Shown here: positions 11,779 to 23,102 of the stretch, piece after piece
Numbering within the stretch: the first letter of the stretch is position 1
How the letters are laid out: every line of letters starts with the position of its first letter
NCBI GenBank assembly: GCA_965246715.1
Contig: CBDFFH010000036.1
Span: forward strand, 110,815 to 174,814
Direction of reading: 5' to 3'
Length of the DNA: 64,000 bases
Origin: Chamaesiphon sp.
GTDB lineage: Bacteria > Cyanobacteriota > Cyanobacteriia > Cyanobacteriales > Chamaesiphonaceae
Position numbers and translations under genes: made by a program
Notes under the pieces: model-generated
Database searches by the model: none
Told to the model about the DNA's origin: nothing
Seen by the model: the letters and a program-made list of their open reading frames with translations, nothing else

Positions 11779-11825
11779 GGAAACTCATAGATTGTGGCTT
11801 TAATAAATTACAGGCGATCGCAATT

Positions 11826-12260
11826 ATGGAAACAAAACCACCCTTACCACCCTTTACGCTTGAAACGGCTAAAGCTAAAGTTCAAGCCGCCGAAGATGCC
11901 TGGAACACACGCGATCCTGAGAGAGTTGCTCTAGCTTATACAGAAGATTCGCAATGGCGCAATCGGTCTGAATTTTTGAGCGGACGTGACGAGATTAGAG
12001 CGTTCTTGAAACGGAAGTGGGCAAAGGAACTAGATTATCGCTTGAAAAAGGAACTTTGGAGTTTTACGGACAATAGGATTTCGGTGCGGTTTGAGTATGA
12101 GTGGCATGATGATGAACACTGGTATCGTTCTTACGGAAACGAGCAATGGGAGTTTGTAGAGAGTGGCTTGATGAGGCGGCGCGAAGCCAGCATCAATGAT
12201 GTTTCGATTCTCCAGGGGAGAGGCTACGCCAACGAGGAGTCCGCAAGAAAGTTTCGATGA
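11826..12260 (+). CDS. DUF1348 / SnoaL-like (NTF2-fold) protein with an in-frame 24-nt repeat insertion
   Basis: PLPPFT...[10 protein letters not shown]...YRLKKELW...[10 protein letters not shown]; insertion at 12209..12232. Confidence 0.85.
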   Translation: METKPPLPPFTLETAKAKVQAAEDAWNTRDPERVALAYTEDSQWRNRSEFLSGRDEIRAFLKRKWAKELDYRLKKELWSFTDNRISVRFEYEWHDDEHWYRSYGNEQWEFVESGLMRRREASINDVSILQGRGYANEESARKFR

Positions 12261-12429
12261 GAACAGCTAGTAGAGTGGGCAATGCCCATTAGCTAAAACC
12301 TTTGCAGAGTAAGCATCTTGCTTATTATTTACTCCGATCGATCGCTTACGGCAAGCGATCGATCGGAGTAAAAATCGCGATTTAGTAGATGATTTCTTGT
12401 AAAATAGACAAAACACACATCGTGGAAAA

Positions 12430-12633
12430 ATGTTTACAGCAGTAGAAGAAATTGAATCTGCGATTCTCAAACTCTCACCACAAGAATTAGGTCAACTTGC
12501 CGAATGGGTCTTAGATTTAGACGAACAGAATTGGGATAAACAAATCGAACGAGATGCTATGGCAGGAAAGCTAGATTTTCTAGCTAAAGAAGCATTGGCA
12601 GAACTGGAAAACGGCGATAGCCGAATGATCTAA
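12430..12633 (+). CDS. Small antitoxin-like protein; partner gene truncated after a few codons
   Basis: EIESAILKLS...WDKQIERDAMAGKLDFL; overlapping TAATG start gives only MHYTT... Confidence 0.55.
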   Translation: MFTAVEEIESAILKLSPQELGQLAEWVLDLDEQNWDKQIERDAMAGKLDFLAKEALAELENGDSRMI

Positions 12634-12662
12634 TGCACTACACAACTATTTGTTACATCTAA

Positions 12663-12860
12663 TTACTGTTGTTTCTTCCATTCATCTGTCAGTATCCCAG
12701 CAAAACCCCAATTTTCTTCGGCGATTTCTTGAATAACAATGTGGGTATGTTCTGGCTTTTTGCCAAGAATACGCACCAGAGAATCGGTTACTTCTCGGAC
12801 TAATTGAGTTTTTTGCGCTCTCGTCGCGCCTTGAGTAATCTGGATATTGACGTAGGGCAT
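12663..12860 (-). CDS. 4-oxalocrotonate tautomerase family protein
   Basis: N-terminal Pro, 65 aa, ENWGFAG. Confidence 0.9.
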   Translation of the reverse strand: MPYVNIQITQGATRAQKTQLVREVTDSLVRILGKKPEHTHIVIQEIAEENWGFAGILTDEWKKQQ

Positions 12861-13021
12861 AATGATTTTGGGGGATTTAATTGGCGAACTATGTAAGTCT
12901 ATCAGGAATTTTGTGAGCGATCGTGCGGACTAATCACGATCCTATGATGATGCGACAACTGACAAAACTGCGCTGCGATCGAAATTCCTTGCGGTAATGG
13001 AGCTGAAAGGATTTAGTGGAA

Positions 13022-13471
13022 TTATAAATCGATCGACATCAGTACATATTTTTCGCGAGTTGCAAAGTTGGCGCGAGCATAAAGCTGATTAGCTTTAATA
13101 TTTGTTCTGGCAACTTCCAAATGAATCGATCGAACATCGAGATCTTTTGCCGCGATTTTAATAAATTCTAAGGTTTGCTTCCCTAATCCTTTTCCTCGAA
13201 ATTCAGGTCTAATATAAAATTCATCAATAAAAGCATCTTTTCCAGCAAACTCAATACTATAGCCAAGGCACAGTGCTATATATCCAACAGGTTGGCGGTT
13301 GGCATAAATTAGCCAAATTCCACCAAGTTCTACATTAGATAACAATGCCGTAAGCGAGTTTTTCCTTTGCTCTTCTGTGATGTGGAAATCCTCGAATTCG
13401 TGAAACGCCCGCACGAGTGGCAAAATAATTTCCAGATCTTCGATTGAAGCTATTTTAATTTCTGGTGTCAT
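13022..13471 (-). CDS. GNAT acetyltransferase
   Basis: FYIRPEFRGKGLG motif A. Confidence 0.85.
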   Translation of the reverse strand: MTPEIKIASIEDLEIILPLVRAFHEFEDFHITEEQRKNSLTALLSNVELGGIWLIYANRQPVGYIALCLGYSIEFAGKDAFIDEFYIRPEFRGKGLGKQTLEFIKIAAKDLDVRSIHLEVARTNIKANQLYARANFATREKYVLMSIDL

Positions 13472-13571
13472 GATTTACTATCTCTTGGACTCATTATTGC
13501 TCTGCCTGTTTTGTGAACCCGCGACACACAACTGCCAATTTGTTTCCATCTAGATCGCGGACGTAGGCAGC

Positions 13572-13919
13572 CTAGAAGTCAGGGTTATATTGCAAGCGAA
13601 GTCCTGGCGATCCTTCTGATATACCGCCATTAGACATGGCGGCAGAGTAGAATGCTTCAACCGCTTCCCAGGATTTTGCTTGCAGTGCGACCATTGTGCC
13701 GTTACCAGGGGTAGCAGCCTCTCCATTGAGGGGTTTGCCAAGCCAAAGTGCAACTTCTTTGATGCCGTTGTCTTCGTAGGTGCCCCAACCGACCCAATCT
13801 TCCCAGTTCGATTCGCCTGAGACATCGCAACGCGACAGCCCAAGTGTTCCAAGCACAGCGTCGTAGAAGACACTTGCACGGGCAATGTCGTTTGTGCCAA
13901 GGCAAATATAAGTTAACAT
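13572..13919 (-). CDS. VOC/glyoxalase family protein, probably 3'-truncated
   Basis: LGTNDIARASVFYDAVL, GNGTMVAL, EGSPGLR; ends before the usual DPDGNK. Confidence 0.75.
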   Translation of the reverse strand: MLTYICLGTNDIARASVFYDAVLGTLGLSRCDVSGESNWEDWVGWGTYEDNGIKEVALWLGKPLNGEAATPGNGTMVALQAKSWEAVEAFYSAAMSNGGISEGSPGLRLQYNPDF

Positions 13920-14045
13920 GGTTATTCTCTGGGGGCTAATGATTAGGAATGCAATCACCACCTAATATTAGGCTGTATGTATCGTTGGCGGTAGCAGAGC
14001 GTTTGCCCCAGCAATAGCCTCTGCTTTGCAGAATCGTGAACTAGG

Positions 14046-14513
14046 CTATTTCAGTGCCTTACGGAAAACGATCTTGTCAACTCCAGCCGCATAAAATTCT
14101 CGAATCCGCGCCTCCTCCTCGTAACCATTCTGGCGATAGAATTCCCGCACGTATTCAAAGTCATCCGTTCCCGCCGTTTCTACCAGCAATATACGTTCCC
14201 CTCGTTCCATGAGCATCTGCTCTACATAACTCAGTAAAGCCTTGCCGCGCCCTTGCTTCTGCCGATCGGGATGTACCGCAATTAGATACAAATTCCACGT
14301 CCCCTCGGTCATCCGTTCTGGGGCGATGTATGCAATCCCGACTGGCTCATTGTCGTAATCAGTCAACCAGATGTCTTGGGTTTCATCTTTATCGCTAAAA
14401 TGTCGATCGAGCATTTGAGCAAGATCGTCTGTTTGGCTTGGATCGAATAGACCACTGGCTGCTGCCAGGGCTATTAATGCAGTCGTGTCATCAGGCGTGG
14501 TTAATCTAATCAT
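14046..14513 (-). CDS. GNAT acetyltransferase
   Basis: IAVHPDRQKQGRG motif. Confidence 0.85.
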   Translation of the reverse strand: MIRLTTPDDTTALIALAAASGLFDPSQTDDLAQMLDRHFSDKDETQDIWLTDYDNEPVGIAYIAPERMTEGTWNLYLIAVHPDRQKQGRGKALLSYVEQMLMERGERILLVETAGTDDFEYVREFYRQNGYEEEARIREFYAAGVDKIVFRKALK

Positions 14514-14529
14514 CGCAAATTCTTCTCAC

Positions 14530-14577
14530 ATCATAACAGTTGTTATGTTTTCAAGTATCAGAACAACTGTTATGATA
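14530..14577. promoter_or_regulatory. Paired palindromic operators, probably bound by the adjacent TetR
   Basis: CATAACAGTTGTTATG and an inverted variant CAGAACAACTGTTATG between divergent GNAT and TetR genes. Confidence 0.6.
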
Positions 14578-14623
14578 GAACGTCAAGCTAGTTGTTTTAT
14601 CTTGCTGCAAACCAAAAAGAGTT

Positions 14624-14868
14624 ATGAGTTATGACGATTCCTCTTCGAGGACGCGACGCGAACGCCGGATTGAAGTCGCAAAAGCAGCATGGCAGGTGAT
14701 TATCCGCGAAGGATTGGATCGCACCAGTATGCGGGCGATCGCGCAGGAACTTGGCTCCTCGACAGGGGTTGTCACTCACTACTTTCGAGACAAAGAAGAA
14801 CTCATTTTGTTCGCGCTAGGACTCGTGTTTGAAAATGTTGCAGCGGAGATGGAAACTCGTTCCCAGGG
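14624..14868 (+). pseudogene. TetR family regulator truncated by ISAs1
   Basis: HTH MRAIAQELGSSTGVVTHYFRDKEEL; IS end begins at 14869. Confidence 0.8.
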
Positions 14869-16379
14869 CAGGTTAAACGCATCAAAACTTGATATGAGGC
14901 GATCGAATTCAATAATACATACAACTTAAGCAGTATTTATGAACTAAATACATTTACGACGAATTCAATTAGAACTGATGTATAGTATAAGGCAATATTT
15001 ATTTAATTTAATGCAATATAAAGTAGTCGATCGAAGGAATAACTTAAATCGTCGATATATTATAGAAGTAATTTGATTTCAACCAATAGTTCGTAAATTA
15101 TAAAATACCTTCTAAAATTTCAGCCAAGTATTTGTCATCTATACCTGCTAGAAATCTCTTGCTTTTCACACTTAATTTCCGACTTTTATTTTGACTAATT
15201 AAGTTAATAGCTATGTGCCGTAATACTGCAAAATTAGCTGGCGCATTATCTTTCCTAATTCGACTATAATCTTCTCTTAAAGAAACATCAAGTACCCAAT
15301 GAAGTGAATTTTCTATCCCCCAATGACCTCTAATTGCTCCGGCGACTCTCTTGGCATTATTAGCTAAACTACTAATAAAATAACGAGTCTCTACGGTGGT
15401 TTTATCCCCAATAGTTCTTACTGATTCAACCATCGCAATACTAGTCAATTTCATCCAGTTATGGGATGAATCTATTCGATCGGCAACATCTGATATCATT
15501 AAATAATTACGGATTTCTTCCCTACCCCCATTAATCTCCTTAGTCCTGAAATCACTCAGATTGAAACCTGCGCCACCAGTTGCAATAGCCTGTTTAAATA
15601 GCCTTTCTACTTGGTCGTATAAACTTGGTTGATTCTTTTTCACAGCAATTACATAATCTGCATCTTTTTCAACAATTTTTTTTACTATTTCTCTTTGACA
15701 TCCCATTGCATCAATGGTAACTATACATCCGGCTAAATCTAGAACTTTAATTAATTCAGGAAGTGCTGTGATTTCATTAGATTTGCCCTCAACCATTTTC
15801 TGTCCTAATACTAATCTATTAGTTACAGCCCATGCACTAACAGTATTTAGTACACCTTGTCCATTAGTATTATCTCCTGAATTTCGAGATTGTTTGCCGT
15901 CAAGTGCAATTATTTCTCCTGCTGTTATTTTAGATATTCCTTTAACCCAACTCAGGAAACTTTTTTGAAATTCTTCAGGATTAATTCGTGAAAATACCCT
16001 TCCAAATGTATCATGTGATGGAATACCATGCGGCAACTCTAAAAATTTACCTAGCCATTCCTTCTTCGCCAAACCATAAATTTCTATATCTATCCATGTA
16101 TCAGCTCCAGATACTACAGCACAAATGGTAATGGTGATGATATCAATTAATTTATGCTTTTTCCCGCGCTCTGTCCTGTAGTCTTCTACACTCTCGAAGT
16201 GTTCTATAATACTATATTTTGGCTTCAGCTTCATTTTAGTTAAATTAAATTTGTTAAATTCTAACATAGTTAATTAGCTCTAACTATTACCTAGCAGTAA
16301 TTACAAGATTTCTAGATGCTATTTATTCATTCGATCGTCAAAGTTTTTAGTAATAACAAATTTAAGTGCGTTTAACCTG
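14869..16379 (-). mobile_element. ISAs1-family IS, copy A (intact transposase 15098..16267)
   Basis: IRs CAGGTTAAACGCA / TGCGTTTAACCTG; IPSHDTF, ALDGK, TIDAMGCQ and HWGIENSLHWVLD motifs. Confidence 0.9.
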
Positions 16380-18004
16380 ATACTAATCTATTACTTGCTG
16401 CCCAAGCACTGACCGTATTAATTACTCCTTTACCATTTTTTTCGTCTCTTGAATTTCGAGATTGTTCTCCATCAAATGCGATTATCTCTCCTGCTGTTAT
16501 TTTACTTATTCCTTTAATCCAATGCAGGAAAGATTTATTGAATTCTTCAGGATTAATTTGTGAAAATACCCGTGCAAATGTATCGTGAGATGGTATCCCA
16601 TTCGGTAATTCTAGAAATTCCTCCAGCCATTTTTTTCTGGTGATGCCATACAGCTCTATGTCTTCCCATCCATCTGCTCCACATACTACTGCACAAATCG
16701 AGATCGTGATAATATCGATTAGTTTGTGTTTTTTCCCCCGTTCAATTCTAATGTCTTTTATGTCACCAAAGTGTTCTGCTATACTATGCCTTGGCTTTAG
16801 CTTCATTTGACGCGATCTGAATTTCCAATAAATATAACATAATTAACGGGAGCATCCCACTTTTTATTAGTTGTTTGTAGAATAAAGTATCAAGAACCAG
16901 TCATCAGGCTATTCAGCGATCGTACTTATTTTATCTTTGAGAATTTTAAAAAGTGGGATGCTCCCTAATTAACTGGCTATACTTGTTTACCATTAAAGCT
17001 TTCATACTTTTCGTAATTCAAATCTGCAACTGATTTGCGAGGATTTTAAATAGTAGGAAATTTAAGTGCGTTCACCCTGTAGATTAGTATTAGGACAAAC
17101 AAAAGTCGAGAGTAAATCAAATGAAATTACTGCATTGCCTGAGTTGATTAATGCCTTAGATCTAGCTGGATGTATAGTGACAATTGATGCAATGGGATGT
17201 CAGCGAGAAATAGTCAAGAAAATTGTCAAAAAAGAAGCAGATTATGTAATTGCTGTCAAAAAGAATCAACCAAGTTTATATGAAAGGGTAGAACAGCTAT
17301 TCAAACAGGCGATTAAAACTCGTGGTGAAAGTCTGAAAACGCATAGCTTCAGCAGTAGAGAGATGAATAGAGGTAGAGAGGAAACTCGTAATTACCTAAT
17401 GATATCAGACATTGCAACATCAATAGATCCATTGCTAAAATGGCAAAATCTGACTAGTATTTGCATGGTAGAATCAGTTCGAGTTGTCAATGAAAAAACC
17501 AGCGTAGAAGCTCGTTATTTCATCAGTAGCTTAGAAGATAATGTTGAAAAACTAGCAGAAGCAATCAGAGGTCATTGGTCGATAGAAAATTCACTCCATT
17601 GGGTACTTGATGTTATTTTCAAAGAAGACATTAGTCGAATTAGAAAAGATAATGCTCCAGCTAATTTTGCTGTTTTAAGACATATAGCAGTTAATATAAT
17701 GAGTCAGAACAAGAGTCGAAAACTAAGTGTTAGGAAGAAGCGATTTCTTGCGAGCCTTGATGAAGAATATTCGCGCGAACTTCTAGAGGCTATTTTAGCC
17801 TAAATTTAACTAACCCCAGAGTATGAATTTGGCTAAATATCTTTAGCCGCACTTTTGCCGGACTAAATTGAGTTAATTTAACCTCGTCTTTGGTTTCGAT
17901 TTTATTGATATTGTCGTAATTGTAGTTAAGCAATCGAATATCATTAATCGCCTATTTTAGTGGCTCTCGATCGAAATAAATCCTGTTTTGATGCGTTCAC
18001 CCTG
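16380..18004. mobile_element. ISAs1-family IS, copy B, split with its 5' half inverted (16380..16806 minus; 17080..17803 plus)
   Basis: The halves join at NRLV|LGQ; the 11-bp TAGATTAGTAT is duplicated in inverted orientation; IS ends TGCGTTCACCCTG at 17079 and 18004. Confidence 0.85.
16848..16965. mobile_element. 118-bp MITE
   Basis: 18-bp TIR GGGAGCATCCCACTTTTT; 8-bp TSD TAATTAAC on both sides. Confidence 0.85.
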
Positions 18005-18190
18005 ATAGTCGCTATGACGCGCCACCACCTGACTGGGTGCGAGTTTTTGATGAATGGTTGGCAGAAAGAATTGCCGAAAGCAATTGGGAAGCTGTATTGA
18101 ACTATCGAAAAATCGCTCCCCATGCAGAAAAGAATCATCCAACTGACGAACATTTACTACCTTTATTTGTGGCATTAGGTGCGGGAGCTT
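18005..18190 (+). pseudogene. 3' fragment of a LigB/DODA-type extradiol dioxygenase
   Basis: FDEWL...APHAEKNHPTDEHLLPLFVALGA. Confidence 0.7.
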
Positions 18191-18473
18191 GGAGGGTGAC
18201 AGCACCGCTGTTACCAAGAAACCCAGCTATTTACAGCCTCCAAACCTTGGTAAAAATTTAGTCGATGCTGTGGTCTATGTAGCAGAAGCAATCCCATCGA
18301 TTCGTGAAAATATCGAGAACCCGACTTGCATTCAAGTTTATTTACCATTCATGCGAAAACCTAATCATGAGGCTATTTCCGCGCTTTTCGATGTGCATAA
18401 AAAACAGTGGGTGAAACAGTGGGCGATCGACCAGCCAAACCCACCAAAACAGACCACTATTTTAGGTATATAG
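18189..18473 (+). CDS. Hypothetical protein or fragment
   Basis: 94-aa ORF with no recognised motif. Confidence 0.3.
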   Translation: MEGDSTAVTKKPSYLQPPNLGKNLVDAVVYVAEAIPSIRENIENPTCIQVYLPFMRKPNHEAISALFDVHKKQWVKQWAIDQPNPPKQTTILGI

Positions 18474-18541
18474 ATACGAAAAATCGGCTGTTAGGATGTG
18501 TTTGTTTCCTAAAAGCCTTACCAGCCATATGTTGTAACCCA

Positions 18542-18588
18542 AGCCCTCAATGGGATTTGAACCCATGACCTCTTCATTACCAATGAAG
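18542..18588 (-). tRNA. 3' half of tRNA-Thr(GGT), probable att site of an integrative element
   Basis: Reverse complement CTTCA-TTGGTAA-TGAAG anticodon arm, variable loop, ATGGG-TTCAAAT-CCCAT T arm and acceptor 3' strand; no D arm or 5' strand. Confidence 0.8.
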
Positions 18589-19462
18589 TATCAGTAGTTG
18601 ATAAATAGCTTACTCTGTAAGCTTTTCAGGGTGTTTCTAAAAATACGGGGGGTCTAACGGGGGGTTTCAAATCCTTTTTTACCCTGAAATCTTGCCAAAA
18701 AATAGGTACTTATCCAAAGTCAGTAATATTGCACCCACGATCGTAACAGTCAAACCCGTAAAGATATTTCGTTGTGCCAATTCCTTCTGTGTCTAACCGC
18801 TGCCCTCGTTGGCGTAGCCTCTCCCCCAGGAGAATCGCACTCTTGATTCCTCGAATATCTGTATCTGTTGCTTGAGTCATCTTAGCCTCATAATAGTTCT
18901 TGTTTGATTCGATTCTCCCGATCGGGTCGATTCTCGTTCCGAGCAACTGAGCCAACGAACCGACCACGGAGACGCTTTACCTACGGTAGGCTTCGCCAAC
19001 GCGAACGCGCTGCTGCAAACAGTCTATCGAATGAAATAGCCCTCGCCTTCAATGGTGGGGGCTATTTCGATTATACGATGTAAATCAGCCAACATAGGAA
19101 CGTCATAACGGAGATGTAACGCAGTCCCGATGCTGTAAAGTGTCTTTCGCACGAAGGGGTTTATTTGTGACTTTTTAAGTAACTGATGGAGAGATCCATT
19201 TTTAACTGCGTTCGCGCTGCGTCGGCTTTACCGAATCGTCAGTCGTATTCAATCCCCTCTACTTTTAGATTTGATGATTTCGATTCGATTACCTTCGGTA
19301 GGCTACGCCAACGGAAAAACATTTATAATTGAGGTTCGTTATTTTTTGGTTCGGTAAGTGGTAAGCACTTGCCCTTTTTTATCAGCAATAATTAGATCGT
19401 TTTGGATCGAACGATCGAGTGAAGATCGATCGTTTAGTTGAATCCTCAGTTTACCTAAATTT

Positions 19463-21409
19463 ATGCGAAATCTGTTGATTGTTGAATCTGCTGGCAAAAT
19501 CAAAAAGCTTAGGAGTATCCTCGGCTCCGACTGGGATGTAAAGGCTTCGATCGGGCATATTCGCCAACTTGCTAACGATGGAGACGGTGCATTGGGTTTC
19601 GATATGAGTGCAGACACGATCGACTGTCGCTATATCCCTCGCGACGATCGCGCCAAACAAACGATCGCGGGACTAATCGCCGCAGCCAAACAAGCAGATC
19701 GAGTATTCATTGCCTCCGATCCAGATCGCGAAGGCGAAGTCATCGGCTGGCATATCGCTCAAGTATTGAAACTCAAACAGCCCCAGCGAGTGGTCTATCA
19801 AGAGATTACCGAATCCGCAGTCAAAAAAGCGATCGCCAGCCCGCGATCGCTCGATATGGCTTTAGTCGAAGCAGGTAGGTGTCGCGATTGTTTGGATAAG
19901 CTCGTGGGCTACAAAGGCTCGCCCCTGATCTGGCGACTCAACAACGGCGCAAAAAGTGTCGGACGGGTACAGTCCGCTACCCTCCACTTAGTTTGCCAAT
20001 GAGAGCGAGAAATTCAAGTCTTCAAACCTCAATCCAACAAGCTGCTGGAGCGCGATTGAAGTTCAGTCCCGAATATACAATGTCGGTCGCTCAGAAGCTT
20101 TATGAAGCAGGGTTGATTACCTATATGCGGACTGATTCGGTCGAACTCAGTCAGGATTTTTGTAAAGCTGCACGAGAATGGCTACTCGCTCACGATCGAG
20201 ATAATGTGCCCACTAAAGTCTCCAAACAAAGGAGTTCCAAAGACGCTCAGGAAGCCCACGAAGCGGTTAGACCGACGGATATAACTAAAGCATCAAGCGA
20301 ACTCAAGCAGCAGCTTTCAGAGGATGAATTCGCCCTGTACTTGATAATTTGGATGAGAGCGTTGGCGAAGCCTACCGTAGGTAATCGCCTCCCAATGCAA
20401 ACCCGCGCAGATTCGTAAAACCACGATCGTTACCCAGTCTGGAGAGATTCAATGGCAAGCTAGAGGGCAAATGCTGGAATTCGCTGGCTATGCCAAGTAT
20501 TGGAAGGATATTAGCGGCGATGCCGTCCTCCCCAGCTTACAGCCCCAGCAATCGCTCACCGCTACTAATGTCAGTCACGAACAAAAGCAAACCCAACCAC
20601 CGCCACGTTACAGCGAGCCTAAACTCGTTCAATTGATGGAACGTCGTGGCATCGGTCGTCCTTCGACTTATGCGCCGACAATTGCCACGCTCAAGCAACG
20701 TAGTTATGTGGAATTGGTGAAGAGTAAAGTGCAACCGACGACTGTAGGTTTGCAAGTGGATGATTTTCTGATGCAAGCTTTACCGGAGTTGATTCAATCG
20801 GAATTTACGGCGGGGATGGAAACCCAACTCGATGCAATCTCTAAGGGTCAGCAAGAATGGCAAAGTTACCTGATTGAATGGAACCGGAGCTATTTCGCGC
20901 CAGCGTTGAATAAAGCTACTAAGAATTTACCAGAGCGAGACTATGGAGCGTTCAAGGGTAAGGAGTTGGAGAAATCACGATTCTCTTCCAGAGAGGCTTC
21001 GCCAACGAAATGTCCGAGTTGTAGCAAACCTATGTCCAAAGTACCGACGAAGAAGGTAAAGAAGGGGTATTTTCTCAAGTGTGAAGATGGTTGCAAAGAT
21101 CCAGAGGGTAAAGGGTTGGTAATGTTTTGGTCGGATCGCTCGAATGAATGGCAAATTCCACAATCTAAAATAGAGCCGTTATCTCCGGCCAAGCTAACCG
21201 AATATCCTTGTCCGGTTTGTCAAAAACCGCTGGAGAAATATAGTTACAGTAAGGATGGACAAGCTAAATCGATGTTGCGGTGTTCGGATGCGATCGCTAG
21301 AACCAAGCCTAAACACAAGGATGTCGCCTATTTTCGCGGGAAGGAGGGGGCGTGGTGGAGTCCGAAATTGGGTAATCTCGGTGCGGAAGCGGCTAAATCG
21401 ACGCAATAG
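19463..21409 (+). pseudogene. Type IA DNA topoisomerase (plasmid/ICE type), disrupted
   Basis: TOPRIM IVES...DPDREGE, GRVQS, ITYMRTDS, GIGRPSTY and Zn ribbons; stop at 20000, apparent internal deletion, frameshift from a 22-nt insert at 20362. Confidence 0.9.
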
Positions 21410-21485
21410 TACCTTTATTGGGTTCGCCCATATAAATATGTCAGTTAAGTTGTCGTTGGCGAAGCCTCTCTGAAAGAGAATCACA

Positions 21486-22538
21486 TTATTTTTTCTTAGA
21501 GCGATTTTTTCGACGTGCTTGTTTTTGCATCTTCCCCTGAGATTTCTTTTTGGTTGACATTGCTATTTTCTGAGGGGATAGACTTAAATCACTCGTGCTA
21601 AAAGGGCTTCTGGTTGAATCTTTTGGTTTTTTATCTTGAAAACAGTTCCACCATTCTATCTCCGAAATTGTATCGTCGATCGACGAATAATGCTTGCGAT
21701 CGCGCAGTTCATTCAACGATGCCTCTTGTCCGAGGTTGATATAGTAATCGACATCCTCTCGACTGAAAAAGAACTCATCCACCAAATCCGCATCGAAAGT
21801 TCGATCGATTTGTTGTTTGAGTTCGAGCGGAGCTAGGACGGCACTCTCCATCACTAAATTAGTCCAAATCGAGGAATATTCTCGTTCGAGTCGGGTTGAA
21901 AAAAGTTCCTCAAAATACTTAATAACGACTTCTCGATCGATCGCGCCTCGAAGTACCAAAATAATTAACGAACTGAGCGCAGAACTTCTCACATATTCAT
22001 TCGCGTGTCGATTTTCGATGAGTTGCTGGATCGGTTCGATCTTGCCATCACAAACACTAGCAAGAATTCTGCCTAAATCCTCCGTGACTAGATCTCCCGT
22101 AACATCCATTGATATCTCTCCAGGCACCGAGAAAAACTCGACGATCGGCTGATAAGCTTGAGATTCCCTAAATTGTGCCAGTAAATACATGGCGTAAATA
22201 TGCAGAAAATAGTTCGGGCGTTCTGACAACTCCTCAAGCTTAGATTTCCATTCCTCTACCGTCGCTAATAATATGGGCGTAATGGCTATCTGCTCTGCGA
22301 TCGCTCGCTCTAGAGCTAGGCGAGGGAATGTGCCAGTATAGTTCTCTAATTCAGGGATGATTTCCGTTAATTCCACGATGCCAAGTTTTTGAATGACTTT
22401 AGCTGATTTTCCAGCATTCTTACCTGGATTAGCAAATGTATAATTCAGATTGTTAAGAGCGATCGATAGTCTGTTATTTACCCAACCTTGTAGTGTCCAC
22501 TTATCAGACAAACACCCCAGGCGATTCATCAGTTGCAC
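21486..22538 (-). CDS. DUF1186 domain protein (true start likely near 22376)
   Basis: FPRLALERA, YAMYLLAQFRE, GDLVTEDLGRILASV. Confidence 0.75.
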   Translation of the reverse strand: MQLMNRLGCLSDKWTLQGWVNNRLSIALNNLNYTFANPGKNAGKSAKVIQKLGIVELTEIIPELENYTGTFPRLALERAIAEQIAITPILLATVEEWKSKLEELSERPNYFLHIYAMYLLAQFRESQAYQPIVEFFSVPGEISMDVTGDLVTEDLGRILASVCDGKIEPIQQLIENRHANEYVRSSALSSLIILVLRGAIDREVVIKYFEELFSTRLEREYSSIWTNLVMESAVLAPLELKQQIDRTFDADLVDEFFFSREDVDYYINLGQEASLNELRDRKHYSSIDDTISEIEWWNCFQDKKPKDSTRSPFSTSDLSLSPQKIAMSTKKKSQGKMQKQARRKNRSKKK

Positions 22539-23102
22539 CCCAGGTTTCTCTTACTGGGGTAGTAGAGCGGATTACCTTTCATTCAGAAGAAAGCGGCTAC
22601 ACCGTCGCACGCCTCCAAGCACCCCGCGCCAGGGAGTTAACTACGATCGTCGGTAACTTCGCTAATATCCAAGCTGGACAAACCCTGCAACTCCAGGGGA
22701 CTTGGAAAGAGCATCTTCAATACGGGCAACAATTTCAGGTTATCAAATACAGTGAAACTAAACCCGCCACGCTGACGGGGATTGAAAAGTATTTGGGCAG
22801 CGGTTTGATTAAGGGAGTCGGCCCCGTTACCGCTAAACGGATTGTCGCTCATTTTGCCCTGGGTACTTTAGAAATTATCGAACAAGATAGCGAGCGACTA
22901 ATTGAAGTTCCAGGGATCGGTAAGAAGCGCGTCAAAATGATTCAACGTGCTTGGGTGGAACAGAAGGCGATTAAGGAGGTGATGCTGTTCCTTCAGACTC
23001 ATGGGGTTTCGACGACTTATGCGGTGAAAATCTTCAAGCAGTATGGGGATAAATCGATCGATATTGTCACGAATAATCCTTATCAATTATCAGAAGATAT
23101 CT
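22493..23102 (+). pseudogene. recD2: RecD2-like helicase, N-terminal part only, truncated by ISL3
   Basis: GVVERITFHSEESGYTV, YLGSGLIKGVGP, NPYQL; no Walker A before the IS end. Confidence 0.85.

Noticed and set aside
18542..18588. Functional tRNA gene
   Set aside because: D arm and 5' acceptor strand are absent
18710..18967. 85-aa ORF
   Set aside because: Largely built from nested micro-element repeats plus a short gene remnant
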